DNA of 64,000 nucleotides from Octopus sinensis. Lineage: Eukaryota. Under the pieces are notes generated by a model. That model had not been told where the DNA came from, did not search any database, and saw only the letters and a list, made by a program, of their open reading frames with translations. Every line of letters begins with the position of its first letter. The first letter of the stretch is position 1. A program made the translations under genes and the position numbers. Where the stretch lies: the NCBI RefSeq assembly GCF_006345805.1, contig NC_043013.1, forward strand, positions 35,030,001-35,094,000, read 5' to 3'. This document shows, in pieces, positions 25,221 to 38,899 of this stretch.

Positions 25221-25261
<41 letters not shown>

Positions 25262-25701
25262 CATGTGTGTGTGGCAAGCTGGCAGAATGATTAGCATGCA
25301 GGAGAAAATGCTTAGTGGCATTTCATCCATCACCTACAACAATCACATACTTCACTGGTACATGCACACACATACACACACATACTCACACAGAGTTGAA
25401 GCGCTGTTTGATTTTTCTTTTCAGCGTTGAATGTTCACCATCCCACTTCCATTGCACACACACACACAACACACACACACACACGCGCACGCAGATATCT
25501 ATACTATAATAATACCCTTGTGTTTTTCTCCGTCACAGCATATGAATGAGAAAGGAAGAGGTGATGGTAAACTGGTAGTAGGATGATGGAAATTATTCAG
25601 TGAAAAAAAAAATCAGTGTTTCAACTCTACGTGAGTATATGTGTATGTATGTAAAAGGGAGGTGTGTGAATGTATGTGTGCATGTGTGTGTGTGAGTGTG
25701 A

Positions 25702-25740
<39 letters not shown>

Positions 25741-25942
25741 CATGTGTGTGTGGCAAGCTGGCAGAATGATTAGCATGCAGGAGAAAATGCTTAGTGGCAT
25801 TTCATCCATCACCTACAACAATCACATACTTCACTGGTACATGCACACACATACACACACATACTCACACAGAGTTGAAGCGCTGTTTGATTTTTCTTTT
25901 CAGCGTTGAATGTTCACCATCCCACTTCCATTGCACACACAC

Positions 25943-25945
<3 letters not shown>
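24990..25945. repeat. Near-identical tandem duplication, unit ~480 bp
   Basis: cagatatctatactataataatacc occurs at 25011 and 25492, and ggcaagctggcag at 25273 and 25752. Confidence 0.9.
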
Positions 25946-25973
<28 letters not shown>

Positions 25974-26186
25974 CAAGCAGTTACATGCCTCCCTTTTACA
26001 TACACACACATATATCCATCATCCATTTTTACATTCTGATTTCAAATTCTGCCAAGATCATCTTTGCCTTTTATATCTTTCAGAATTGATAAAATAGGGA
26101 CCAGTTGATCTCTGGGGTGTTGTGCCTGAAATGATATTATTTCTTATCATATCAGTCCTGTCTAATTATCTACTATATAGGTTACA

Positions 26187-26533
26187 GTTGTGGAGGCGCA
26201 ATGGCCCAGTGGTTAGGGCAGCGGACTCACAGTCTGAGGATCGCGGTTTCAACTCCAGACCAGGCGTTTTGAGTGTTTATTGAGCGAAAACACCTAAAAA
26301 GCTCCACGAGGCTCCAGCAGGGGGTGGTGGCGACCCCTGTTGTACTCTTTCGCTGCAACTTTCCCTCACTCTCTCTTCCTGTTTCTTGAGTAACACTGCG
26401 ATGGACTGGTATCCCGTCCAGCTGGTTGGGGGGAATCCATACGCCACAGAAACCAGGAAACCAGGCCCATGAGCCTGGCTAGGCTTGAAAAGGGCACATA
26501 AATAGCAAAAAAAAAGAAGGTTACAGTAGATAG
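26187..26533 (+). mobile_element. SINE family D, young
   Basis: ggaggcgcaatggcccagtggttagg head, flanked by a 19-bp direct repeat atctactatataggttaca (26168-26186 and 26534-26552). Confidence 0.9.
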
Positions 26534-26555
26534 ATCTACTATATAGGTTACACGA

Positions 26556-26895
26556 CGGTGTATGACTCAGTGGTTGAAGCATCGGGATAACAATCATGGA
26601 GGTAGTGAGTTTGATTCCCAGACCGGGCTGTTTGTTGTGTTCTTGAGCAAGACACTTTATTTCATGCTGCTCCACTTCATTCAGCTGTGGAAACGAGTTG
26701 TGACATCACTGGTGCCCCAAACTGTACCAGCCTTTGCCTTTCCCTTGGACAACATCAGAGGCATGGAGAGGAGAGGCTGGTATGCATAGATGACTGCTGG
26801 TCATCTATAGACAACCTTGCCTGAACTTATGCCTTGGAGGGTAGATTTCTAGGAGCAATCCCATGGTCATTCATGACTGAAGGGACTATTTACCC
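26556..26895 (+). mobile_element. SINE family E
   Basis: ggtgtatgactcagtggttg...gttcttgagcaagacactttatttc...cccatggtcattcatgac. Confidence 0.9.
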
Positions 26896-27175
26896 TTTGA
26901 ATAGTTTACATATATTATACCATGTCCCCTGAGAGTCTAAATAAAGAGTTAGCATTTACAATACGCAAATTAGTAGCTGCAGTTCTCTGTAGTTACTGCA
27001 ATTGTTAACCATATATGCAGTTTGGTTTTAAGCTCCTTTGGGACTAGTTAAATTGATGTAGAATGTTATAGAACTGATATTCACTGATGAGAACCCCATA
27101 AAGTTCAAAAATTAATCAAGGCTGTTCACCACTTCTTTCCATTTACGAAGAAAAAGCTTACTATGCAGGATATGT

Positions 27176-27510
27176 GAGACCCCCTTCGGTCATGACTGAC
27201 CATGGGATTGCACCTAGAAAGTTACCCTCCCAGGCACAAGTCTGGGCAAAGTTGTTTATGGAAGACCAGCAGTCACCCATGCATACTGGCCTCCCCTTTC
27301 CACACCACCAGTGTTATCCAAGGGAAAGGCAAAGGGGTCGATACAGCTTGGCACCTGTGACGTTGCAACTCATTTCTACAGCTGAGTGAACTGGAGTAAT
27401 GTGAAATAAAGTGTCTTGCTCAAGAACACAACATGCAGCTCGGTCCAGGATTCGAACTCACAACCTCACGATCGTAAGCTTGATGCTCTAACCACTGAAC
27501 CATGCACCTT
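27176..27510 (-). mobile_element. SINE family E
   Basis: Reverse-complement homologue of 26556-26895. Confidence 0.9.
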
Positions 27511-27530
27511 CACATGCAGGATATATATTA

Positions 27531-27708
27531 CCATTATTTTAACGTGTATAAGGAATCTGTTTTTGTCAAAAATTAGGTTAAAAATATGGGAGTTTCTTAT
27601 ACATGGATAGTGTTATAATCGCTTACAAAACTTTTTTTCCAGATTTTAAGCTCAAAATATTAGGAGGTTCTTAATACCTGAGGATTCATTATGCATGTTA
27701 AAATATGG
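27531..27708. mobile_element. pogo/Tigger-like MITE, TA-flanked
   Basis: Left ta-ccattattttaacgtgtataaggaatc versus reverse complement of right ta-ccatattttaacatgcataatgaatcc. Confidence 0.7.
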
Positions 27709-28112
27709 TATATATATCTATATTTATGTGTTTATATAGATGGATAGATCCCCCTCAGTTTCAATAATGTGGGATTTCGAATTAGTTGTTATTTGATCAA
27801 TTGAATTTCATGCACATTAAATTACCATGTAAATGGAGTACACCCCAATTCAGATACATGTACCCTTAAAGTTATTTTCATACTGAATCGGCATGACACA
27901 GCATGCACCAAGGTGCAATCCATCCAACAGATGGATTGAATGAAAGATTAGTAGACTGAATGCTTGCAACAAAATAATCCCAGCTACCCTCACCGACCAG
28001 GTTGCAGTATTATCCTGGGTATCAGTTTTAATCTATCACCCAATAAAAGCAACGGTTGCCATTTCTCTTCAGATTATCACATAGTTTCTGTTTACCAGAT
28101 TCCATTCACATA

Positions 28113-28520
28113 GGCGTAGGAGTGACTGTGTGGTGAGTAGGTTGCTTACGAACCACATGGTTCCAGGTTCAGTCCTACTGTGTGGCACCTTGAGCAAGTG
28201 TCTTCTACTATAGCTTCAGGCCGACCAAAGCCTTGTGAGTGGATTTGGTAGATGGAAAATGAAAGAAGCCCATCGTATATATGTGTGTATATATATATAT
28301 GTATACGTATGTGTTTGTGTGTGTATATGTTTGTGTGTCAGTGTTTGTCCCAGCTTGACAACTGATGCTGGTGTGTTTATGTCCCTGTAACTTAGCGGTT
28401 CAGCAAAAGAGACCAATAGAATAAGTACTAGGCTTACAAAGAATAAGTCCTGGGGTCGATTTGCTCGACTTAAGGCGGTGCTCCAGCATGACTGAAACAA
28501 GTAAAAGAGGAAAAGAGTAA
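28113..28520 (+). mobile_element. SINE family B, full length
   Basis: ggcgtaggagtgactgtgtggtgagtag...aaaagagtaaag. Confidence 0.9.
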
Positions 28521-29269
28521 AGTATTGCATGACACAAGACCATGTTAGAAAGGATATGAGGTTTTTTTGGCACAGCCGTTTTGGCACCAGTTATTTAGCC
28601 TTGCTGGTTCCAGGCTGACTTATCTGACATTAGACATTTCAACACTTCATTTTATCTGGCCCTATCGTTCTCTCCTTCTGGCTGCTATTTCTAACAAGTT
28701 AGGATACCGTACAGAGGCTTCCGTATTGGTCTCAGTATGTACCAATCATGATGAAGTGGTGTCAACTTAATTCGATACACACCACTCTCTTCCTGCTTCG
28801 CCTCTATTAAAATTTGTGATCTGGTGCCAATAATGTTCCAGTAATGTACTAGTACTGAGACAAATCGATACCAGTTCATCTATGGTGTTATTGCACATAC
28901 GTAGCATCAGAGGTACCAGAGCAACCATAGCAGTGGTGCCAACAGTGATGAGAGAGGTGAAACCAGCAGTGGTTGATGGTGATGGCAGTGGTGGTGGTGG
29001 TGGTGGTGGTGGTGGTGGTGATTGTGAAGTAAATATGAAATAAGGTATTGGTGGTAGTGTTTGGCTGTGATGAGCTCTAATGGATGATAAAGGTATTGGT
29101 GTGTTTGGTGTTAGTGGGCCAGGGATGATGGAATGGGATGTGGGGGGGGGTTGTAGCATGTTGAAGATGGTCACAGCAGTGGTGCCAATGGTTGATCACA
29201 AATATAAGGAGTGTTTACAGAGGGTAATTCTAATGAGACAAACAGACAGACAGTGTAGGATGTGAGGAA

Positions 29270-29287
29270 TTAGTAGTAGTAGTAGTT

Positions 29288-29321
<34 letters not shown>

Positions 29322-29473
29322 CAGCAGCAATAGCAGTAGCAGCAGCAGTGGCTGCGATGGTGGCAGGAGGAGGAGGAGGAGGAATAGCAGTATTAGTGGC
29401 AGTGACAGTGCTAACAGTGGTGATGTTGGTCAGAGTGGAGGTGGTGGCCATCGTCGTAATTGTAGTAGTGTTT

Positions 29474-29508
<35 letters not shown>

Positions 29509-29632
29509 TGCAGCAGCAGTAGCAGCAACAGCAGTATCATTATTATTATCATTATTATTATCATCATCATCATCATCAGTAGTAGTAGTTGTAGTAGTAA
29601 TTGTAGTAGTTGTAGTAGTAATTATAGTAGTT

Positions 29633-29666
<34 letters not shown>

Positions 29667-29716
29667 CAGCAGCAGCAGCAGCGGCGGCAGCAGCAGTGGC
29701 GGCAGCAGCAGCGGCG

Positions 29717-29770
<54 letters not shown>

Positions 29771-29810
29771 AGGATTGCAAAAACGAGGGATGATGATGAG
29801 TACTCATAGT
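29270..29810. repeat. Compound (GTA)n/(GCA)n/(GCG) trinucleotide microsatellite
   Basis: Directly visible. It explains the poly-V/A/S ORFs. Confidence 0.9.
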
Positions 29811-30594
29811 GTCAATGATGGATGCTGTGGTGGTTGTGGTGGTTGTGGTGGTGTCACTGGTTGCTCAGAAGGTTAGAGCAATAACAGGGTTTTTTTATAA
29901 TGCAGTGTTGAGGGTTTGGAAGATAAGGCTTCATAAAAACCAACCAATTAGTTGATGACGGTAACAAGGTAGACGTGTGCGCATATGTACGTGAGTGTTA
30001 GCATGTGTACATATGTGTGCACGCAAGTGTGTGTATGTGTGTGTGAGATTGGAGAGAATCGCGTAAAGCTTGGAGGGGGTTGGGTAATAAAATTAAAACA
30101 AAGCAAAAAAAAAAAAGAACCAGCAGTATGGACACAAACAATAATAAACCAACAAACAAATAGTCAAAGAAATAAATATAAGATAAAAAATAAAATAAAA
30201 TAAGATAAAACTCTAATGAGTGAATCAGATTAATCTGTTATAAATATTTATTAAACCCTGAAAACTATGTAACTTGGGGATATATAATGATATCACTCTG
30301 TCTCCTTCCAGTTCTTTCTCTTTTAAATGTGTGGTATTATTAAGAAAAAAAATTATTATATAGGGTGGAGACATAGCAGTCTGGGAAGGGAAAAAAATAA
30401 GCAATAGAATGGTAAAAAAAAAACCCAAACGTATGAGAATAAATGAAAAAAAAGAAAAACGAAATGTTATACTCATGCATAGAAGTATAATGTAATATAC
30501 ACAAGTATGCGTAATGCTTTCACCTTCACAATGAAATGTAGGAAGGAAAGTACACAGAGCTTGTGTGTGTGTGTGAGTGTGTGTGTGTATTTAT

Positions 30595-30637
<43 letters not shown>

Positions 30638-30901
30638 TATATACATGCATATGTATGCATACACAGACTCACATGCATATATATATGTATAATATATATA
30701 CGCACGCACACATATAATGCATATATATATATACACACACATATACATACACACACATATATATATATATATATACATATATACACACACACTCATATAA
30801 ACATGCATATTTTGCATACAAATAGACTCACATGCATATATATATACATATATACATATCTATCTATATGTATGTATATATATATATTTGTATATATACA
30901 T

Positions 30902-30937
<36 letters not shown>

Positions 30938-32827
30938 TTATGTAGTGTTTTATTTTGCTTAGAGTAAGGATACAAAGTAGCTACAGTGGTATTTTCAGGA
31001 TTATGTTGAGGTTTTAAATATTTAAAAGAGAGAAAAAGATTAGGAGAGTGAGAGAGGGCGGACGAAAGAGAAAGACAGAGAGGGGGACAAAAGAGAGACA
31101 GAGAGAGAGAGAAAGAGAAATTCAGAAACAGAACCACGAGTGTATGAATGCAGCAATCAAATGGACATATACATAGATATAGAACAAATTGATAATACGA
31201 ATTGAATGACATCTCTCATTCACGAAATCTCCTTTATATTCGGGCAACAAATATTTGATTGATCTTTTTCTACCCTATGTGGGGTAACAGCAGTTAAAAA
31301 GAAGGGCCTGCAGAAGGAATTAGCAGAATGGGATGTTGAAGAGGCAAATTCTAAAACCCAGTTTTTGTTTGTGTCGTTCTGTTCGTAATAAAACTTATAT
31401 TAATAAAATGAATATTTCTATTATCCCCCACCCAAGGGCAATGGAGCAGAGAACATTGCAAATACGAATTAGAAAAGCAGTGAGTAGTTTTGGAGGGTTG
31501 ATGAGAGAGGATACACTTGATAGAAGGATTGTATGATTTGACATGGTTCCTACACTAAGTCTTATTTAGCGAGCTCATTCCTAATACCATCCATATTACA
31601 GAGTATACCTGATGCTTTTTACATGGCACCGGCACAATTACCATTATCAGTTTTTTTGCAAGTCTCTTCCACTGAGGACTGTAGAACATTAGAAAGATAG
31701 GTGGCAATGTTCACCACCTCCACCCTATCATATAACCTCAAATAATTGGACAGCAAGCTGCTGGAAAACCATGCATGTCCACCACTTTGAAACAAATAGC
31801 CAACATTCATTGAGGTCCTTTAAATATCTAACTGTGGATTTGTTTCGACCCCTTGCCTTTGGTACTTGGAATCCCTCATTTCTAAGAGAATGCTCTGTAA
31901 CTCTGACAATGTAATTTTCAAGTGCCATGCAGGACAAATAGTTGAGCACTGTTTGGTCACTGGCATGTCTGTGGTGAAACCAATCGAATCTTCTGACCAT
32001 CCACCTTGCTAATTTAATGTGATTTTTCTCTAATCCTTTTCTGTATACTATCAGTTGTATTCAATTGTTCCTCTTCAGAGTGACCTGCCACTGATTGTTG
32101 GTAATTGTCCTCTTCAGTTCTCATTCACCTATTTGTTAATCTGATCGCTGTTTTCACACAGAAAGCTTGTTTATTTTCCAGTAAGTGAAACACTTTCTAT
32201 GTATTTTATCATGAATGACAATTCAGATGACATACTTGGGGTCTGCTCAGATGATCAGCTAAATGTCTAGATGACCTGATTTATGCTTATCTACTGCCCT
32301 GACCTATCAAATAATACTTTATCTAGATACATCAGTATTTCTGCTAACTTCAAAAGATGTTCATCTATACAAGTACTTACACCAAAATCAAAAGGAGGAT
32401 TGTACCATAGGATCTTGTGTTTCCTAATGTATGATTTTAGTGGTTGTTTTAACTTTTCCTTTCATAATATTATCCTTAAAAATCACTATTTCTTAAAGAA
32501 TTATTATTTTAACTTCCAATATTGTTGAAAGACATTTAGTGTATGATATACTAAGCAAACGAATGCTATATTACAGCAACATTCATCCTAAATCATGACT
32601 GCTATGTTATGTTGGCAAGCAATCTTTACTCCAAAGTACTGTTGCTGAACATCTCTCTTTGTGAGATATAAAAATAGTAATTTCCAAATGTTATATGGTT
32701 GGCATGTAATGCAATTTTATGTTACTCTATTGCTGTTTGCTTTCTATAATGATGGTACTTTTTAGATTTTGAGTTTGAGGCGATGTCCAAAACATTAACT
32801 AATTTAAGGTTGACAGCTGTTTAGTTT

Positions 32828-33045
32828 GTGGAAGTGTATGGCCTAGTGGTTAGGGTGTTGGATTGCAAGATTGCAAGAATGTGATTTTGATTTCTGGACT
32901 GAGTGATACATTGTGTTCTTGAGCAAATTTTCTTTTCCCCTTGCTCCAGTCCACTCAACTGGAAACAATGTGTAATTCTGTGATGGACTGGTATCACATC
33001 CAGGGAGCAATATATACGCCAAAGAAACAAGGAAACCAGCCCTAA
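32828..33045 (+). mobile_element. Old tRNA-SINE with D-like head and tail and an E-like core
   Basis: atggcctagtggttaggg...gtgttcttgagcaa...gatggactgg...gaaacaaggaaaccagccc. Confidence 0.65.
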
Positions 33046-33539
33046 GCTCCTTACAAAATAATGTGGGCCAACCAAACACTTTAAATTTAATCCTTTGAAT
33101 AACTCAATAAGATGTTTTGTAAATTTATCAGCTTGTTAATGTTTATATTTCTAGAAATTAATACGTTATCATCTCTGTATAACACACCTTTTAAGTCTTA
33201 AAAACATTTGGATTGAATGTAAAATATTGCATCCAATGATTTCATAAAGTTTAACTAAATCTTTTGAATGATTACACAACTGAAAAATTCAGAAGATAAA
33301 GATTAAAGATTCTTACTAAAGAAAAGGGGAAAAAAGGGGGCACTTCCTTTTGCAGTACTGACATAGAAATTGCAATAAAATTGTTTTAAATAATTTAAGT
33401 TGTTGATAGATTTTAACGATAATTTTGAATATATTCACTGACATTGAACTGTGACACCTTGGGTGAGTGTCTTCTAATATAGCCTTAGGCTAACCAGAAC
33501 CTTGTGAGTGGATTTGGTCAATGGAAAGCAAAAGAATCT

Positions 33540-33576
<37 letters not shown>

Positions 33577-33904
33577 TATGTATGTGTATATATATGAATA
33601 TGTGTGTGTATATATATTTATATATGATTGATCACTAGCCACTTAACATGTTATTATTTTCTCTCTCTCTGTTTATGTTGAACATCATCAACATCATCAT
33701 CATTGTCATCATCATCACCTTCGTCAACGTTGTTTTATATCTACTCCTCTATGCGAGGGACAAGAATTTTTAAGGGAACATTTTACTGACTGCCCCTTTT
33801 CCTGACAGCAACTCTTCTGGTGACCTCTAATGATATCCATAAATAGACTGTGCCGATTTTAAAAAAACAGGACACATAAAATGTTAATTATGTATCATCA
33901 TCAG

Positions 33905-34160
33905 CATCATCATTCTTTAACGTCTGCTTTCCATGCTAGCATGGGTTGGACGATTTGACTGAGGACTGGCGAACTAGATGGCTGCGCCAGGCTCCATTCT
34001 GATCTGGCGGAATTTCTACAGCTGGATGCCCTTCCTAATGCCAACCACTCCGAGAGAGTAGTGGATGCTGTTACGTGTCACCAGCACGAGGGCCAGTCTG
34101 GAGGTATCGGCAACGACCATGCTCAAAATGGTGTTTTTTACGTGCCACCTGCACTGGCAA
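33905..34160 (-). mobile_element. Family C retroposon
   Basis: tttaacgtctgctttccatgctagcatgggttgga...ggatgcccttcctaatgccaaccactccgag. Confidence 0.88.
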
Positions 34161-34244
34161 AATATACATACATACATACATGCATACATACAGACATACA
34201 TACATACATACATACATACATACATACATACATACATACATACA

Positions 34245-34278
<34 letters not shown>

Positions 34279-34284
34279 ATATAC

Positions 34285-34324
<40 letters not shown>

Positions 34325-34428
34325 TTATTACTGGTAGATGCAGAATCAGTGAAATGCTTCATCAAATATATCGGAAAGTAAGTAAGTATGTACACAAGTA
34401 TAAAGAGATATAGATAGACAACAGACGG

Positions 34429-34460
<32 letters not shown>

Positions 34461-34958
34461 GTGGATAGAAATACAGAGAGATAGAAAGATAGTTAAATTT
34501 ATACATAAATAGACAGAAGAAATAGAAAGAGATTTATTGATACAAAAACGTTACATACGAACATGTGCTTAAAATATTAGTGTTTCATACAATACAGTCA
34601 TAATAGATACAGGAAAGCATACATACATATATACATACATATATATATACATATATATATATGTTTGTGTGTATATATATTATATATATGTATGTATATA
34701 AATACATATATGTGTATACATGCATACATATATATATATATATATGTTAGTATATATATGCATCAATATACATGTATATAATTGTATCTATATATGTACG
34801 TATATAAATTTATGTAAGTATGCGTATGTATGTATCTCTATATATATGTATATATATATACCTATATATGTATACATGTGAGCAAATAAATGTATACATA
34901 TATTTATATATATAGATGCATATATGTACATACACACATTATACATATATGCTATATA

Positions 34959-34989
<31 letters not shown>

Positions 34990-35058
34990 GTATATATATG
35001 TATATATGTATGTATATATGTATATTTATATAATATAGTATATATCTATAATATATAT

Positions 35059-35095
<37 letters not shown>

Positions 35096-36256
35096 TATTA
35101 TATATATATATATTATAATAATAATATATATATACACATATACATGTATGATACATAAGCATCATGTATGTGTATGGGAATGCACACATACACTACATAT
35201 GTATTTAAGCATGTGTGTGTGTGTGTGTGTGAGCACATGCGTACGTGTATGTGTAGTCACTAATACAACATGTACAGCAAAAGAGGAGCTGCCAGTGAAT
35301 ATGAAAAAGCAGCTGTCTCCATTGGGTAAATAAGGTTTTCTTATATATTCTAGACCTAGCTTATTAGCATTCCAGTCAGGGAGGTCTGCAAATTATTCAG
35401 ATGATTTCCCAACAGTATACAACTCGGTGTTCAGAATCAGAAATTATCTTCTAATGAATTATCAGAACTTTTGTTTCTGCATCATCAACATTTGACTTGC
35501 ATCATTATTTATTATTTATCCCATATATATATATATATATTTGTGTCTGCCTTCATGCCTACATACATACTCACACACACACACACATACACACACATGC
35601 ACATGTATATATATATATGTGTGTGTGTGCATATATATATATATATATATACATACACACACACAGAGACATATATATACATACATATATATATATACAT
35701 GTACATACATCTATCTATATGTGTGAATATGTATCATACATGTATATATATATATATGTATGTATATATATATATGCATAATTGTATATGAATTCATATA
35801 CATCTGTATACATGTGCCTATACATGTGTATGTATGTATACTATATGCATATGTAGTGTGCATATATATATATTATATATATACATATATATATACATAT
35901 ACATATACATATATATAATACAAGACATATATATACTATATATATATATATATTATATATATTATATATATTATATATATGCATACATATATATATATAT
36001 ACGTATTTGAAGTATGTATAAATATATATATATACTATATATTTTGTGTTTTTGTTATTAATGTAGCCATTGTCATTATTATTTGTTACTTCATTTGACT
36101 AGGCATGTGGCCAACTGTTGCAGAAAGCAGCTATAGACGTTGACTGAATCAATCTCAGTGTATTACTGGTAAACTTCTTCAATATACATGGGGGGATCAG
36201 ATTTAAAAACAATGCTGAACAGGGAATTTATACCTCCACCTACTGCTATCAGTGCC

Positions 36257-36356
36257 NNNNNNNNNNNNNNNNNNNNNNNNNNNNNNNNNNNNNNNNNNNN
36301 NNNNNNNNNNNNNNNNNNNNNNNNNNNNNNNNNNNNNNNNNNNNNNNNNNNNNNNN
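36257..36356. other. Assembly gap (100 N)
   Basis: Run of N. The sequence on both sides is duplicated. Confidence 0.99.
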
Positions 36357-36877
36357 AGTATACAAACTCGGTGTTCAGAATCAGAAATTATCTTCTAATG
36401 AATTATCAGAACTTTGTTTCGGCATCATCAACATTTGACTTGCATCATTATTTATTATTTATCCCATATATATATATATTTTGGTCTGCCTTCATGCCTA
36501 CATACATACTCACACACACACCACATACACACACATGCACATGTATATATATATGTTGTGTGTGTGTGGCATTATATATATATAATATATACATACACAC
36601 ACACAGAGACATATATATACATACATATATATATATACATGTACATACATCTATCTATATGTGTGAATATGTATCATACATGGATATATATATATATGTA
36701 TGTATATATATATATGCATTCATTGTATATGAATTCATATACATCTGTATACATGTGCCTAAATGTGTATGTATGTTATACATATATGCATATGTATGGT
36801 GTGCATATATATATATATATATATATACATATATATATACATATACATATACCATTATATATATATATATACATATA

Positions 36878-36928
<51 letters not shown>

Positions 36929-37534
36929 GCCATACATATATATATATATACGTATTTGAAAGTATGTATAAGATATATATAATTACATATAATTTGTTGT
37001 TTTTGTTCTTATTAATGTAGCCATTGTCATATTATGTTACTTCATTTTGACTAGGCATGTGGCCAACTGTGTGCAGAAAGCAGCTATAGACGTTGACTGA
37101 ATCAATCTCAGTGTATTACTGGTAAACTTCTTCAATATACATTGGGGGGGATCAGATTTAAAAACAATGCTGAACAGGGAATTTATTACCTCCACTACTG
37201 CTATCAGTGCCAATGCCACCACCACCACCACAACACCATCACTACAACTACCACTACCACCACCACCACCACCACCAACAACAACAACACCAACAACACC
37301 ACCACCATCACCACTACTTCTACAACTGCTGTTTTTGCTGCTACTTTTTCTCCTCCTCCTCCACCACAACCACCTCCTCCTCTCCTCCTCCTCTCCTCCT
37401 CCTTTCCTCCTCCTTTCCTCCTCCTTCTACTCCTCCTTCTGCTGCTGCTCCTCTCCTCTCCCCCCTCCCATTCCTCCTCCTCCTACTACTACTACTGCTA
37501 CTACTACTACTACTAATAATAATAACCCTTTCCG

Positions 37535-37724
37535 TTATAAGCACAGGGCTGTAATTTTAGAGGGAGGGGTAAAGTCGATTATATTGACCCCAGTGCTTGA
37601 CTGATATTTATTTTATTGAATGTGAAAGGATGTAAGTTGACCTTGGCAGAATTTGAACTCAGAACATAGCAACAGATAAAATACCGCTATGTACTTCATC
37701 AAGCATGCTAACGATTCTACCAGC
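37535..37724 (-). mobile_element. SINE family A, diverged
   Basis: gaccccagtgcttgactg...gaatttgaactcagaac...catgctaacgattctaccagc. Confidence 0.8.
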
Positions 37725-37843
37725 ATTTATACTCATTTTTATGCTAGCTTACTACATTCACTTATGAGATTATTAATACTTTCATCTCCATTCCCACAGA
37801 TTATGCATTTGCTTTGTGACTTGGTTTAGTCAATCTCTTCTTG

Positions 37844-37877
<34 letters not shown>

Positions 37878-37945
37878 TATTATATTATTATTATTATTAT
37901 TTTTATTATTATTATTTTATTATTATCATTGTTATATTGTTGTTA

Positions 37946-37979
<34 letters not shown>

Positions 37980-38049
37980 TTATTATTATTATATATTATC
38001 ATTGATTATCATTGTCTTATTATTGTATTATTATTATTATTATTATTAA

Positions 38050-38250
38050 GGGGATGAGCTGGCAGAATCGTTAGCGTGTCGGGCAAAATGCTTAGTGGCA
38101 TTTTGTCTGTCTTTACGTTCTAAGTTCAAATTCTGCTGAAGTCAACTTTGACTTTCATCCTTTTGGGGTCAATAAATTAAGTACCAGTGAAACACTAGGT
38201 TTGATGTAATCGACTTGTCCCTTCTCCCCTAATTTCAGGCCTAGTGCCTT
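38050..38250 (+). mobile_element. SINE family A
   Basis: gagctggcagaatcgttagcgtgtcgggc...taagtaccagt. Confidence 0.88.
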
Positions 38251-38899
38251 CAATAGAAATTGTTATTGTTGTTGTTATTATTATTACTATTATTATTATT
38301 ATTATTATCTTTAGCCATATGACTTTGAAGAGATGCAAAAAGGAAAATACTTTCACTGAGGGTTACAAGAAAAGAAGGGATAACATAGAATGGGAAAAAG
38401 AAATGTATATTTACAAATATAAAGGGAAGGGCAAAAGATCTTACAGAATATATGGAAGGACATATTAAGAAATTTTGAAGGGTACTCACAAACACATGCA
38501 CCAATATTTATACATATTTATGTGTGTGTGTGCATATATGTATGTATATATGTTTACATATAAATACATGCATATACCTACATGTACATACATATGCATA
38601 CATATACACATATTAATGAATGCAAATATTTGCATGGAAACAAAAGGGAAGTATAATTAAAGACAATAATCTAATAGAATGCAATTTAAAAAAAAACATG
38701 GATGAAAGATTTTCTGGTATGTTAAGTTGGGTGCTCCATGACCCCATCTAATTAGTATTCTTTTTAAAGTTTAATATATCTTAATTTTAATTTTACTAGC
38801 AACCTATCTTTTGAATATAATTTATATTGTGAACCTGACTGTTTTTGTGTCATTCTATCTTCTTCTAAGAACTCATAATATCGGGGATATATAATTTTG

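Noticed and set aside
31250-32110. Degenerate LINE or other coding relic (LQIRIRKAVSSFGGL; minus-strand ORFs 31619-32000)
   Set aside because: There is only one RT-like short motif, the frames are interrupted, and no consistent domain could be assigned.
32079-32181. Two small plus-strand exon candidates (SDLPLIV; LIHLFVNLIAVFTQKACLFS)
   Set aside because: They are short, arise from a local duplication of the acceptor-like motif, and link to no supported chain.
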